In this document: positions 1-8,937 of the stretch, piece by piece
Numbering within the stretch: the stretch's first letter is position 1
Layout of the letters: each line of letters starts with the position of its first letter
Virus record (IMG/VR): IMGVR_UViG_2914923772_000011
Span: 10,054-74,053 of that record
DNA length: 64,000 nt
Direction: 5' to 3' (one strand)
DNA from: a virus
Lineage: Duplodnaviria > Caudoviricetes
Program-made: the position numbers and the translations under genes
The notes under the pieces: model-generated
What the model was told of the DNA's origin: nothing
What the model saw: only the letters and a program-made list of their open reading frames with translations
Database searches by the model: none

Positions 1-2544
1 TTTGAGGGGATGAACCCGGAAATCTCCCTGCGGCCCCATCAAATCAATGCAATCGCGCACATTTTGTACGGTGGAAACACCTTGCTTGCCCACGAAGTGG
101 GGGCCGGGAAAACGTATGAGATGGTTGCGGCGGCAATGGAAATGAAGCGGCTGGGGCTTTGTACCAAGTCGCTGATTGTGGTTCCCAACCACATCACAGA
201 GCAATGGGCGGCTGAATTTTTGCAGCTCTATCCCAGCGCCAATATCTTAGTTGCCACAAAGAAGGACTTTGAGAAGCAGAACCGGAAGAAGTTTTGCAGC
301 CGTATCTCCACCGGGGATTATGACGCCATCATCATCGGCCACTCGCAGTTTGAAAAAATCCCCATGAGCGCCGAGCGCCAGCAGGCCATTCTCCAGCAGC
401 AGATCGACGAGATTCTGTTCGGCATTGAACAGGCCAAGTCACAAAAAGCGGAACGCTACACCATCAAACAGATGGAGCGCACCCGTAAATCTCTGGAGGC
501 GAAACTGGCGAAACTCAACGACCAAAGCCGGAAAGACGATGTTGTGACATTTGAGGAATTGGGTGTTGACCGCATCTTCATTGATGAGAGCCATTATTTT
601 AAGAACCTCTTTTTGATGACGAAAATGCGGAATGTGGGCGGCATCGCCCAGACCGAGGCGCAGAAAAGTTCTGACCTCTTTATGAAGTGTCAGTATCTGG
701 ACGAGCTGACCGGCGGGCGCGGTGTGATCTTTGCCACCGGCACCCCTATATCAAACTCTATGGTGGAGCTTTACACCATCCAGCGGTACTTGCAGTACCG
801 CACCTTGCAGGAAATGGGCCTGATCCACTTCGACGATTGGGCGTCCAACTTTGGAGAAACTGTCACAGCCATTGAGCTGTCGCCGGAAGGCAGCGGCTAC
901 CGCGCCAAGACCCGGTTCGCAAAGTTTTACAACTTACCGGAACTTATGAGCGTATTCAAACAGGTAGCCGATATTCAGACGGCAGATATGCTGCATCTTC
1001 CCGTACCAAAAGCCAATTTCCACACCGAGGTTATCAAGCCTTCGGAAATCCAACAGGAGATGATAAAAGGGCTGGCGGAACGGGCGGAAAAAATCCGTGG
1101 CGGCGGCGTCGATCCCCATGTGGACAATATGCTCCGCATCACAAATGACGGCAGAAAGTTGGCTCTGGATATGCGGCTCATCCAACCGCTTGCCCCGGAT
1201 GACCCGGACGGCAAGGTAGCTGTCTGCGCCCGCAATATTTACCGCATCTGGGAACAGACGAAAGAGAATCGCTCTGCGCAGCTTGTGTTCTGCGACCTGT
1301 CCACACCCGAAAAGCGTAGACCCATAGAAATGACGGTTGATAATGAGGGAACAGCCCACATGGCGGATTTCCAAAATGTTTACGATGATTTGTTAAAAAA
1401 GCTGATCGACCTGGGGATTTCGTGGGAAGAGATTGCTTTTATCCATGATGCAGATTCCGAGGCAAAGAAGAAAGAGCTGTTTGCGAAGGTGCGCGCCGGT
1501 CAGGTGCGTGTTCTTATGGGCAGCACACAGAAAATGGGGGCTGGAACCAATGTTCAGGACAGGCTCATTGCCCTGCACGATCTGGATTGCCCTTGGAGGC
1601 CAAGCGACCTTCAGCAGCGGCTTGGAAGAATTGTCCGTCAGGGCAACGAAAATGAGGAGGTGGAGATTTTCCGCTATGTAACAGAGGGAACATTCGACGC
1701 TTATCTATACCAGCTTGTAGAGAACAAGCAAAAATTTATCGCTCAAATCATGACCAGCAAAGCCCCTGTCCGCGTGGCGGATGATGTGGATGAAACCGCC
1801 CTGAGCTATTCCGAGATCAAGGCGCTTGCCACCGGCAATCCCCTTATTATCGAAAAATGCAATCTGGATATGGAGGTAGCAAGGTTGAATATGCTCAAGG
1901 CCAGCCACTTGAATCAGGTGTATTCTTTGGAAGAACTGGTACACCGCAAATATCCGGCAGAGATCACCCGATTGACAGAGAGAATTGCGGGCTATGAAAG
2001 AGATGTGGAGCTGGCGAAAGCCCATCCGAAAGCGCAGGAGGGATTCTGCGGCATGGAGGTGGACGGCAAACACTACACCGAAAAAGAGGATGCAGGAAAG
2101 GCGATCATCGACGTCTGCACAAAGATGACCGGCTCCGATGCTGTCCTTTTGGGGCAGTACCGGGGCTTCTCTATGGTGCTGGCCTATGACGGGATGAGCA
2201 ACGAGTACCGCATCACTCTGAAAGGCACCCTATCCCATACGGTGACGCTGGGCGCGGATGTGTTCGGCAACATCACCCGTCTGGACAACGCGCTGGAGAA
2301 TCTGTCAGGAAACCTTGACGCGGAACGGGCCAAGCTGGAAGAAGCCAAGGTACAGCTTGAAAATGCCCGCACCGAACTGGCTACACCGTTTGCCCGCGAG
2401 GAGGAGCTGGCCGAGAAAACCGCACGTTTGAAAGAACTGAACATCCTGCTTAATATGGATGAGAAAGACAAAACGCTGATCGATGAGGCTCCCGATGAGG
2501 GTGAGGAACCGCCCATGCGAAAAGTTGTAGGTCTGGAGCGATAA
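1..2544 (+). CDS. C-terminal part of a large SNF2/SF2 helicase (methylase-helicase type typical of Firmicutes ICEs); frame is open at the window edge
   Basis: Walker [14 protein letters not shown] box, [21 protein letters not shown] motif VI; no stop in frame from position 1. Confidence 0.85.
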   Translation, partial: FEGMNPEISLRPHQINAIAHILYGGNTLLAHEVGAGKTYEMVAAAMEMKRLGLCTKSLIVVPNHITEQWAAEFLQLYPSANILVATKKDFEKQNRKKFCSRISTGDYDAIIIGHSQFEKIPMSAERQQAILQQQIDEILFGIEQAKSQKAERYTIKQMERTRKSLEAKLAKLNDQSRKDDVVTFEELGVDRIFIDESHYFKNLFLMTKMRNVGGIAQTEAQKSSDLFMKCQYLDELTGGRGVIFATGTPISNSMVELYTIQRYLQYRTLQEMGLIHFDDWASNFGETVTAIELSPEGSGYRAKTRFAKFYNLPELMSVFKQVADIQTADMLHLPVPKANFHTEVIKPSEIQQEMIKGLAERAEKIRGGGVDPHVDNMLRITNDGRKLALDMRLIQPLAPDDPDGKVAVCARNIYRIWEQTKENRSAQLVFCDLSTPEKRRPIEMTVDNEGTAHMADFQNVYDDLLKKLIDLGISWEEIAFIHDADSEAKKKELFAKVRAGQVRVLMGSTQKMGAGTNVQDRLIALHDLDCPWRPSDLQQRLGRIVRQGNENEEVEIFRYVTEGTFDAYLYQLVENKQKFIAQIMTSKAPVRVADDVDETALSYSEIKALATGNPLIIEKCNLDMEVARLNMLKASHLNQVYSLEELVHRKYPAEITRLTERIAGYERDVELAKAHPKAQEGFCGMEVDGKHYTEKEDAGKAIIDVCTKMTGSDAVLLGQYRGFSMVLAYDGMSNEYRITLKGTLSHTVTLGADVFGNITRLDNALENLSGNLDAERAKLEEAKVQLENARTELATPFAREEELAEKTARLKELNILLNMDEKDKTLIDEAPDEGEEPPMRKVVGLER

Positions 2545-2555
2545 GCTCATCCCCG

Positions 2556-2584
2556 GCACCGATTGGAACTGTTCCAATCGGTGC
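2556..2584. terminator. Perfect 13-bp inverted repeat (GCACCGATTGGAA-ctg-TTCCAATCGGTGC) between convergent genes; probable bidirectional terminator
   Basis: Read directly; lies between the helicase stop (2544) and the XRE gene stop (2675). Confidence 0.6.
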
Positions 2585-2674
2585 ATACATAAAGAAAGCC
2601 CCCTTACATAGCCGGTTCCCACAGGAATAATCTTTGGCTATATAAGGAGGGTGTTTTATGATGCTGTTGTTGTT

Positions 2675-3043
2675 TTAGTGGATTTTTCTATCTGCCGTGC
2701 GGAGGTTTGCATCCCGGCGCAGGGTATCTTTCAAAGAACCGATCATATCTTTGATGATACGGATTTCATACTCGTCGCAATCTTCCAGCAACAGCGCAAT
2801 ATCCTTTTCAAACTGCACTTTTGCCATGACGATGTTGTCACAGAGAAGATCATCACCGGTGACAGACAGTGCATTTGCAATACTGATAATCGTGTTCAGG
2901 CTAACGCGGGTGGTGCCGGTTTCAATGTTACTCAGATGTGTCGGAGAGATGTCAATGAGTTCGGCAAGGCGCTCCTGCGTTAAATCTGCCTTGATACGGG
3001 CAATCTTGATTCGTTTGCCGATTGCTTTATAATCAAGTTCCAT
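2675..3043 (-). CDS. XRE-family HTH transcriptional regulator (host/ICE side)
   Basis: IGKRIKIARIKADLTQERLAELIDISPTHLSNIETG cro/C1-type HTH; start MELDY chosen behind an RBS-like sequence. Confidence 0.9.
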   Translation of the reverse strand: MELDYKAIGKRIKIARIKADLTQERLAELIDISPTHLSNIETGTTRVSLNTIISIANALSVTGDDLLCDNIVMAKVQFEKDIALLLEDCDEYEIRIIKDMIGSLKDTLRRDANLRTADRKIH

Positions 3044-3159
3044 ATCGCGCCCCCTTCGCTTCAATAATTTACACAATGATATTGTAACCACGGAGGGAAC
3101 GCATTATAATAACTTATATCCGTATACTACGGATATAAGCCAAGAGTTTAAGAAAATAG

Positions 3160-3630
3160 GTGATATTTTTGACTGTTTGTACCTTTGCTGGTCATCGGGA
3201 GGTGTTTTCCTCAACAGTTGAATCGGAGATAGATAAAGCACTGATTGAGATCATTGAGGCAGATAAAGAATGTGTTTTTTACTCTGGTGGAATGGGTGAT
3301 TTCGATAAAAAGTGTGAATCTGCTGTGCGAGGGATGAAAAGAAAGTATCCAGAACGAAGTATTCGCCTTGTGCGGGTTCTCCCCTATCTGACCCATGAGA
3401 TTAACCGTGACAAGGAATATTTTGAATCCTATTATGATGATATTGTGGTTCCGATGGAATTGATGGGTGTCCATTACAAGGCGGCCATCAAGAAGCGGAA
3501 CCGCTGGATGGTTGACCAAGCAGACAAAATACTGGCCTATATTTATCGTGATTTCGGAGGTGCCTTTGACACCATAAAATATGCTTACCGCATGGGGAAG
3601 CCGGTTCTGAACTTTGCAGTGAAAGAATGA
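3160..3630 (+). CDS. SLOG/YspA (DUF1273)-like protein
   Basis: CTFAGHR N-terminus, SGGMGDFD, RNRWMVD motifs. Confidence 0.65.
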   Translation: MIFLTVCTFAGHREVFSSTVESEIDKALIEIIEADKECVFYSGGMGDFDKKCESAVRGMKRKYPERSIRLVRVLPYLTHEINRDKEYFESYYDDIVVPMELMGVHYKAAIKKRNRWMVDQADKILAYIYRDFGGAFDTIKYAYRMGKPVLNFAVKE

Positions 3631-3640
3631 AATCGCACAT

Positions 3641-3669
3641 TTGATATTATTTTTGTGGGTGGGTATAGT
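3641..3669 (+). promoter_or_regulatory. sigma70/sigmaA promoter TTGATA-N17-TATAGT, cut off from its likely ORF by the prophage
   Basis: Near-consensus hexamers with 17-nt spacer immediately left of the inferred attL. Confidence 0.5.
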
Positions 3670-3756
3670 ATAGAAACTTATCACGGTCTAACCACTTCTA
3701 AACCCCTGCAATTACGCTGTTTTCAGAGTGGTTAGAAGTGGGTAAATGCCGAGAAA

Positions 3757-3785
3757 TGTAGGTAACTCGTGCATTATTTCTACAC
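3757..3785 (+). repeat. attL-side integrase arm-type repeat (copy 1 of a 29-bp direct repeat)
   Basis: TGTAGGTAACTCGTGCATTATTTCTACAC matches 63565-63593 at 24/29; further CCTACA copies near 3790 and 3804. Confidence 0.65.
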
Positions 3786-3817
3786 TACTCCTACATCTAT
3801 ATTCCTACACAAAGTCA

Positions 3818-3880
3818 GCCTCCTCGTTGTGCTGAGTGCCTTTGTTGGTGCTCCCACTTCGGGGAGGCTTTTCTTTGTTT
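3818..3880 (+). terminator. Nested stem-loop plus T-tract downstream of integrase; probably blocks host read-through into the prophage
   Basis: AGCCTCC..GGAGGCT outer stem, GAGTGCC/GGTGCTC inner stem, followed by TTTTCTTTGTTTTT. Confidence 0.5.
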
Positions 3881-3887
3881 TTACAAG

Positions 3888-5120
3888 CTATTTTATTTTT
3901 TCGATTTCATCTTTCAACCACTCAAATTCTCTCTGGGTGTAAACCTTTTCGGTGATGTCAGAGATCTTGTGACCGACCATATATTTGATTGCGTACTCGT
4001 CAACGCCGTACTTCTTAGCCATCGTCACAAAATGTTTACGACCATCATGCGGTCTATGCTCAGGGTTCAAATTCAATTCGTCTCGAATCATACCAAAGCC
4101 TTTTTGGTATCGAGCATAAGTAAGTGCAGTGTTTTTGCTACGAGCATTCGAATTAACATAGTTGAGCAGGTACAGACTTCCAAGTTCCTGAGCCTCTTTA
4201 TATTTTCGCTCAACCAAATGACGAATCTTCGAGTGAATTGGAACCACACGATCTGTACCGGCATCTGTTTTGATACCGCCTCGGAAAGTCCAGTTTTCCA
4301 AATCCACATTCTTTAATTCCAGCAAACCAAGTTCCTGGGGTCGCCAACCAGAATAGCACTGAATGAGCAGGACATCTACAAGCATTTTATCATCAGCGTG
4401 TTTCCAAAGCAAGTCCATCTCTTCGTCCGTAAAAGGAATATGCTCATTCTTAACTGTGACGATTTCTTTGATGGTTTCCTCACTGAGGTTAAAAGTTCGC
4501 GAATAGTTCCGGTCAACAAGCTCGTACTCCAAGGCATAATCCAACATCAAGTTAAACAAAGACTTGATTTGGTTCTTCATGGATGCACTTGGTGTCTTCT
4601 CTTCGCCTCGAACCTTCGATATGCCTTCGTCCATACAACCTTTTACATGACGAGCGCGGACATCTTTGACTCGCATATCATATACGGCCGAGCAATACCC
4701 CCATGCTGAAGCTACCGAACGAGTGCTTTTAACTGTCTTCTCGTATTCGGCAAGCCATTTCTCGTAAAGTTCCCTCATGGTGATAGATGGTTCGAGGTCG
4801 TAAGGGTTCTTATTGTACTCGACGAGAGCAGCATATGCCTCGTTGTATGTTGGAAAATAGGACTCCGGTTTAAGAGGCTTGCAGATAGGTCGTCCGTTCG
4901 AATCCTTTCCGACACTTATCATAGCTCTAAATGGGTTGCGGAGATTCCGATTCTTGATCTCACTGATCTGCCCGAAACCGTTTGGCAGTCTACGGCGTTT
5001 ATTGTTCTTATTTCGAGGTTTTCTTGGTTTTATATTTGGTTGCAATGGAAATCCGCAGTGAGGACAAGAAATTGCTTTGTCACTTACTTGTAGTTCACAT
5101 TCAGGGCATTTTATCAGCAT
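3888..5120 (-). CDS. int: Tyrosine recombinase (integrase) with N-terminal zinc ribbon
   Basis: CPEC..CPHCG; catalytic R (SGWRPQEL), K (IKT), HxxR (HDGR), H (VGH), Y (KVYT). Confidence 0.95.
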   Translation of the reverse strand: MLIKCPECELQVSDKAISCPHCGFPLQPNIKPRKPRNKNNKRRRLPNGFGQISEIKNRNLRNPFRAMISVGKDSNGRPICKPLKPESYFPTYNEAYAALVEYNKNPYDLEPSITMRELYEKWLAEYEKTVKSTRSVASAWGYCSAVYDMRVKDVRARHVKGCMDEGISKVRGEEKTPSASMKNQIKSLFNLMLDYALEYELVDRNYSRTFNLSEETIKEIVTVKNEHIPFTDEEMDLLWKHADDKMLVDVLLIQCYSGWRPQELGLLELKNVDLENWTFRGGIKTDAGTDRVVPIHSKIRHLVERKYKEAQELGSLYLLNYVNSNARSKNTALTYARYQKGFGMIRDELNLNPEHRPHDGRKHFVTMAKKYGVDEYAIKYMVGHKISDITEKVYTQREFEWLKDEIEKIK

Positions 5121-5167
5121 TATTATCACCTTCCCCATTGATTTGCTATTAGTAATCATATATCATA

Positions 5168-5193
5168 AGTGTAGGAATGTCAACTCCTACACT
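5168..5193. promoter_or_regulatory. 9-bp inverted repeat AGTGTAGGA-N8-TCCTACACT in the int divergent promoter region
   Basis: Same TGTAGG/CCTACA core as the att-flanking repeats. Confidence 0.55.
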
Positions 5194-5227
5194 AAACTTT
5201 TTAATCAGAGAAAAGAGAAATCAATAT

Positions 5228-5566
5228 ATGATTAGTGATAACCAATCAATCTGCCCCAAATGTGGAGGGCAGCTTAAATACTACGATCACGTTCGAAGAT
5301 TGGTACGGACGAAATTCGGCAACAAAAAATGGGTAGCTATCAGAAGACTTCGGTGCTGTAACTGCCATGCAGTCCACCGGGAGCTTCCTGACTTTATATT
5401 TCCGTATAAACAGTATGAAGCAGACATTATTATCGGCGTGCTCGAAGGTCTTATTACTTGTGAGACTTTTGGATTTGAAGATTATCCTTGCGAAATGACT
5501 ATGATTCGCTGGCGCTTGTTTCCACCGAGGTTGTTTTTACTAACAGCCATTCCTAACCTAAAATAG
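5228..5566 (+). CDS. Zinc-ribbon protein, DUF6431-like
   Basis: CPKCGG...RLRCCNC..HRELPDFIFPYKQY pattern. Confidence 0.6.
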   Translation: MISDNQSICPKCGGQLKYYDHVRRLVRTKFGNKKWVAIRRLRCCNCHAVHRELPDFIFPYKQYEADIIIGVLEGLITCETFGFEDYPCEMTMIRWRLFPPRLFLLTAIPNLK

Positions 5567-5589
5567 CGATTGAAAGGAGGCAAACGCCA

Positions 5590-5841
5590 ATGGAAGAAAT
5601 TATATTTGCATCGGGGTCTGTCCCGGTGGCAGTCGCAGCACGAGTCTACGGGAAAGACGCATCCTGGGTTCGAGCCGGCATCGTATCTGGGTGGCTACCA
5701 ATCGGAAAAGCTACTCGGAGTGGAAAGCTCGTTACGAACTTAGAGGAAATGAACTCTAAGTATGGACGCATCAACTTTTATATTTCGCCTAAGCTCCTCT
5801 GGCAGGAGACCGGCTATATATGGAGGGGTGAACGCGCATGA
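5590..5841 (+). CDS. Small HTH protein, candidate excisionase/recombination directionality factor
   Basis: VPVAVAARVYGKDASWVRAGI helix-turn-helix-wing pattern next to int; AAAGGAGG RBS. Confidence 0.45.
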   Translation: MEEIIFASGSVPVAVAARVYGKDASWVRAGIVSGWLPIGKATRSGKLVTNLEEMNSKYGRINFYISPKLLWQETGYIWRGERA

Positions 5842-6257
5842 GTACATTGATACGACCAGAACTTTCCGAGACTAATCGTTACTGGATCGAGAAACACCGC
5901 TATTACGAATTGAAGCATTTCTGCTTACAGTACCCGTTGTGGCGTCATGCGTACAATTCGTTGATAGACTATCCGGGTTCATGGCCGCAGTTAGTTCCAC
6001 CCTGTAAAACAAATGTTGTTAGTGATCCCGTTACCAAGCACATTGATGAGAGGCTGTACTATGCCGATCGTATGAAGATGGTGGAACGGGTTGCAAAAGA
6101 AACGGACGAAGAGCTTTCGTGTTATATTTTGGAAGCTATAACGGAGGGTATTTCATACGACCATCTGAAAGCCAGAACCGGTATCCCATGTTGTAAGGAT
6201 GTTTATTACGACCTGTACAGACGGTTTTTCTGGCTGCTTAATAAGGAGAGACAGTAA
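5838..6257 (+). CDS. Hypothetical phage protein, possibly a transcriptional regulator
   Basis: Overlaps the upstream stop; C-terminal GISYDHLKARTGIPCCKDVYYDLYRRF resembles ArpU/RinA-type HTH. Confidence 0.5.
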   Translation: MSTLIRPELSETNRYWIEKHRYYELKHFCLQYPLWRHAYNSLIDYPGSWPQLVPPCKTNVVSDPVTKHIDERLYYADRMKMVERVAKETDEELSCYILEAITEGISYDHLKARTGIPCCKDVYYDLYRRFFWLLNKERQ

Positions 6258-6460
6258 TGAAGATTGTAGATATTGCAGTAAAAAAAGTCTATCGTTTCAA
6301 CTGCCCGAATTGCCAGAGTAGGCTTGAGGCCGACAGCAGTGAGCTGACAGACATCGGAGGCAAAGTAAGCAAGTTTTATTGCCCCGTATGCCGTAAAGAC
6401 CGATATATAACTTGGTCTGACTTACGGAAAAAGATCGTCTACGAGGGTTCGCAGGAATAA
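6257..6460 (+). CDS. Small zinc-ribbon protein
   Basis: CPNC and CPVC pairs; coupled start/stop. Confidence 0.7.
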   Translation: MKIVDIAVKKVYRFNCPNCQSRLEADSSELTDIGGKVSKFYCPVCRKDRYITWSDLRKKIVYEGSQE

Positions 6461-6476
6461 CAAGCTCCTTTATGAA
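6450..6476 (+). promoter_or_regulatory. Phage promoter-like motif copy 1
   Basis: CGC aggaata ACA agctccttt ATG aa. Confidence 0.65.
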
Positions 6477-6490
6477 AGGAGTGATATTTC

Positions 6491-6718
6491 ATGGAAAAAG
6501 AAAACAAAGTTTTAACCTATGCAACAGCATTTGCTGTAGTATCAGGAGGCATCTTGATGTTGTCTATTGTACCTGCTGCACTCGGCATTAGACAAACGCA
6601 AAAAGCGCAGGCGTTTAATCTGATGGCAGATGGATATAGAGCAATGTCACTTGCTAAAACTTACGATGCAAAAGCAGCAGCGGAAGCGTTAAAACTGACA
6701 ATTAAAGAAGTGATGTAA
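6491..6718 (+). CDS. Small membrane protein (cassette gene)
   Basis: One hydrophobic segment; GAAAGGAG RBS; flanked by promoter motif and terminator. Confidence 0.75.
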   Translation: MEKENKVLTYATAFAVVSGGILMLSIVPAALGIRQTQKAQAFNLMADGYRAMSLAKTYDAKAAAEALKLTIKEVM

Positions 6719-6733
6719 CTGCTGAAGGATATT

Positions 6734-6770
6734 GAGCCGCTAACAACGGCTCTTTATCTTTTCTTTTTCT
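6734..6770 (+). terminator. Intrinsic terminator with CTAACAA loop
   Basis: GAGCCG-CTAACAA-CGGCTC plus T-tract. Confidence 0.8.
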
Positions 6771-6827
6771 AACTTAGATTAAAACCCGGACGAAGGTGAC
6801 AGGTATCTGTGTTAAATTAGTATCTGG

Positions 6828-6855
6828 AAAAATCCCCGGGTTGAAATTTTTGAAA
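6828..6855 (+). promoter_or_regulatory. Second-class conserved motif AAAAATCYCCGG..GA.ATTTT.GAAA (copy A)
   Basis: 22/28 identical to 36067-36094. Confidence 0.4.
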
Positions 6856-6877
6856 AACAATTTGAAAGGAGATCGTT

Positions 6878-7093
6878 ATGGAAGTCGTTTATGTAGTTGT
6901 CGGAATCTTGATTGGGTATGTCGTCTCATCTATCATTCGCCGAAAGCATCCTGTCGGTTTTCTGCGTATTGACAAGTCTGATCCGGACGGACCCTATCTT
7001 TTTCTTGAACTGAAAAAGAACGTTAATGAAATTATAGCTCAAAGAACTGTCCTATTAGAAGTGAAGCGTGAAGACTTTATTCCGCACAAATAA
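6878..7093 (+). CDS. Small membrane-anchored hypothetical protein
   Basis: N-terminal TM segment; GAAAGGAG RBS. Confidence 0.75.
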   Translation: MEVVYVVVGILIGYVVSSIIRRKHPVGFLRIDKSDPDGPYLFLELKKNVNEIIAQRTVLLEVKREDFIPHK

Positions 7094-7109
7094 CACTTCC
7101 TTTTATGGA
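7083..7109 (+). promoter_or_regulatory. Phage promoter-like motif copy 2
   Basis: CGC acaaata ACA cttcctttt ATG ga. Confidence 0.65.
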
Positions 7110-7138
7110 ACCCTATTAAAACGAAAGGAGAAACGAAT

Positions 7139-7531
7139 ATGGGTGAAGAAAACAGAAGTTTGTTGGAAGAGGAGATCAAAGCCGAAATTAAGCGCTTGGG
7201 ATCTCTCGAATCCGGAAGTCAGGAGCATACCACAGCAGTGGATAGTTTGACGAAGCTGTACAAACTGAAGCTCGAAGAGGATAAGAATGCCTATGAGCGT
7301 CTGGACAAGATCGAGAACCGTGAAATCGATCAGGAGTCTAAGACGGCTCAAATGGCAGAGTCTGTCAAAGATCGATACTTCAGATTTGGTATGGCTGCCG
7401 CTGAGCTGGTGCTGCCGTTGATGTTCTACGGCGTTTGGATGAGACGAGGTTTCAAGTTCGAACAGGACGGAACTTTCACCTCCCAGACATTCAGAGGTTT
7501 ATTCAGTCGATTCAGACCGACTAAGAAATAA
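7139..7531 (+). CDS. Coiled-coil protein with C-terminal membrane segment (cassette gene)
   Basis: GAAAGGAGAAA RBS; hydrophobic MAAAELVLPLMFYGVW. Confidence 0.75.
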   Translation: MGEENRSLLEEEIKAEIKRLGSLESGSQEHTTAVDSLTKLYKLKLEEDKNAYERLDKIENREIDQESKTAQMAESVKDRYFRFGMAAAELVLPLMFYGVWMRRGFKFEQDGTFTSQTFRGLFSRFRPTKK

Positions 7532-7544
7532 ACCGGTTCCAAAA

Positions 7545-7583
7545 GCGGAGAGTTCGTGTATACAACACGTTCTCTTCGTTTTT
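7545..7583 (+). terminator. Intrinsic terminator (loop ATACA)
   Basis: GCGGAGAG..CGTGT/ACACG..CTCTTCGT plus T-tract. Confidence 0.65.
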
Positions 7584-7589
7584 CTCCTG

Positions 7590-7616
7590 CTCGAAATTTA
7601 CAAGGGCTATTGTGAG
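7590..7616 (+). promoter_or_regulatory. Phage promoter-like motif copy 3 (variant)
   Basis: CTC gaaattt ACA agggctatt GTG ag. Confidence 0.55.
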
Positions 7617-7640
7617 AGATGTAAAAGTGCTTTTTATCTC

Positions 7641-7668
7641 TTGATAAAATACTGATGGCCGCTATACT
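7641..7668 (+). promoter_or_regulatory. sigmaA-type promoter TTGATA-N16-TATACT
   Basis: Near-consensus hexamers upstream of the ORF at 7705. Confidence 0.5.
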
Positions 7669-7704
7669 TAATAGTGCCACACAATATCAAGGAGGTAATT
7701 TGCA

Positions 7705-7920
7705 ATGAGCTTTTTTAACGACGCGCAGAGAGACGGTTTACTTACTGGACGGTATATTTGCAGTGAATGCGGAGGACTTATGGAATTTGAAGACGAGTGG
7801 GAAGATACTTTAGTATGTCCTGCTTGCGGTCACTCCGTCGATTTAGAGCATTATGGTATGGAGAACGATGAAGAATATGATGCTCTATATCCGACCAGAG
7901 ATCAAATCTGCGACGACTAA
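7705..7920 (+). CDS. Small acidic zinc-ribbon protein
   Basis: CSEC..CPAC; D/E-rich; AAGGAGG RBS. Confidence 0.8.
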   Translation: MSFFNDAQRDGLLTGRYICSECGGLMEFEDEWEDTLVCPACGHSVDLEHYGMENDEEYDALYPTRDQICDD

Positions 7921-7944
7921 TTAAGACTATTAGCAAAGGGGAAG

Positions 7945-7980
7945 GAGTCCTGACGAGGGCTCTTTCTCTTTTCTTTTTAT
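7945..7980 (+). terminator. Intrinsic terminator with TGACGA loop (variant of TAACAA)
   Basis: GAGTCC-TGACGA-GGGCTC plus T-tract. Confidence 0.75.
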
Positions 7981-7991
7981 AGGTGATTGAT

Positions 7992-8351
7992 ATGCGATAC
8001 CACTTTGACAAACCGGAAATTTACTTGTCCTTGTATGGCGAGCGTTATATTTGCGAGCATCCGGTTTACAATAGCTGCACTCTCTACAGAATTGAGAAAA
8101 GAGGTTTAGCAGTAATTCAGCAACGATTTGACTCCGAGACGAAAAGTACATGGTGGAGCGAAGTTGACCCTTGGATTACTGACGCTTTATATTTGCACCC
8201 TGATTTTCGAGAATACTTTGAAATGAGGGCTGGGGTGTGTACGGACGGAATATACCCTACTGTAACGGTTCGCCAAATTATGTGGGCATTAAAAATGAAA
8301 CCAATTCAGAAAGAACGATGGGAAACCGTATTCGATAGACGGGATATCTAA
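7992..8351 (+). CDS. Hypothetical phage protein
   Basis: AGGTGA RBS, intact ORF. Confidence 0.7.
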   Translation: MRYHFDKPEIYLSLYGERYICEHPVYNSCTLYRIEKRGLAVIQQRFDSETKSTWWSEVDPWITDALYLHPDFREYFEMRAGVCTDGIYPTVTVRQIMWALKMKPIQKERWETVFDRRDI

Positions 8352-8352
8352 G

Positions 8353-8379
8353 CGCAAAAAACGCATCTCCCTTTATGAA
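8353..8379 (+). promoter_or_regulatory. Phage promoter-like motif copy 4
   Basis: CGC aaaaaac GCA tctcccttt ATG aa. Confidence 0.6.
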
Positions 8380-8410
8380 AACCATTGAATTTTGAAGGGA
8401 GACATGGATT

Positions 8411-8560
8411 ATGAAAACACTAAAGAACAAGCTATATGCTGTAGTATTACTTATTTGTGGGTACTTACCGGTACTTATTGACAAAGATGCAACAGCGTTA
8501 GTATTCTTTGCGTTTATCGCAATACCGTTGTTCTTTGCAAAAGAAAACTGGATTTATTGA
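8411..8560 (+). CDS. 49-aa two-helix membrane peptide (not in the ORF track)
   Basis: MKTLKNKLYAVVLLICGYLPVLIDKDATALVFFAFIAIPLFFAKENWIY; GGGAG RBS; bounded by promoter motif and terminator. Confidence 0.7.
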   Translation: MKTLKNKLYAVVLLICGYLPVLIDKDATALVFFAFIAIPLFFAKENWIY

Positions 8561-8565
8561 GGATT

Positions 8566-8593
8566 GAGCCGCTAACAACGGCTCTTTTCTTTT
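8566..8593 (+). terminator. Intrinsic terminator with CTAACAA loop
   Basis: 8563-8587 is identical over 25 bp to 6731-6755. Confidence 0.8.
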
Positions 8594-8620
8594 CGCCAAA
8601 ATTACAGCTCCTGTTATGGA
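8594..8620 (+). promoter_or_regulatory. Phage promoter-like motif copy 5
   Basis: CGC caaaatt ACA gctcctgtt ATG ga. Confidence 0.65.
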
Positions 8621-8652
8621 AAACGATGCTATTTGAAAGGAGTAAAAGGAGC

Positions 8653-8868
8653 ATGGACGAAATGAAAATTGGTTCTAAATTCACTACGAGCATTATCTCG
8701 AAATTGGCGAGTTTGGCAATCCGAAAGAAATTTGGTTATGATGTAAAACTGAATTTGAATGAGGTAAAAGCCACAGTCGTTGACGGAAAGACGCATGTTC
8801 ATCTGGATATAGATGCCGATCTTGAGAAAGATGAACTTACTAAAATCCTGAAAAGTATTGGTTTGTAA
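8653..8868 (+). CDS. Small hypothetical protein (cassette gene)
   Basis: AAAGGAG RBS; MDEMKIGSKF start. Confidence 0.75.
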   Translation: MDEMKIGSKFTTSIISKLASLAIRKKFGYDVKLNLNEVKATVVDGKTHVHLDIDADLEKDELTKILKSIGL

Positions 8869-8878
8869 AATCTGAAAG

Positions 8879-8906
8879 GAGCTGCTAACAACGGCTCTTT
8901 TCTTTT
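8879..8906 (+). terminator. Intrinsic terminator with CTAACAA loop
   Basis: GAGCTG-CTAACAA-CGGCTC plus T-tract. Confidence 0.75.
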
Positions 8907-8910
8907 GCCG

Positions 8911-8937
8911 CGCGAAATTTACAAGTCTTATTATGAG
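8911..8937 (+). promoter_or_regulatory. Phage promoter-like motif copy 6
   Basis: CGC gaaattt ACA agtcttatt ATG ag. Confidence 0.7.

Noticed and set aside
2651-3032. Plus-strand ORFs 2651-2983 and 2697-3032
   Set aside because: Antisense to the clear XRE gene; no motifs
3757-3785. The 29-bp direct repeat as the att core itself
   Set aside because: Five mismatches spread through it and internal inverted CCTACA sites look like protein arm sites; junction logic fits the TATA crossover better, though not proven
6747-6757. GCTCTTTA after the TAACAA hairpin as a boxA antitermination site
   Set aside because: Explained by the 3' stem arm plus T-tract; only one copy has the full octamer
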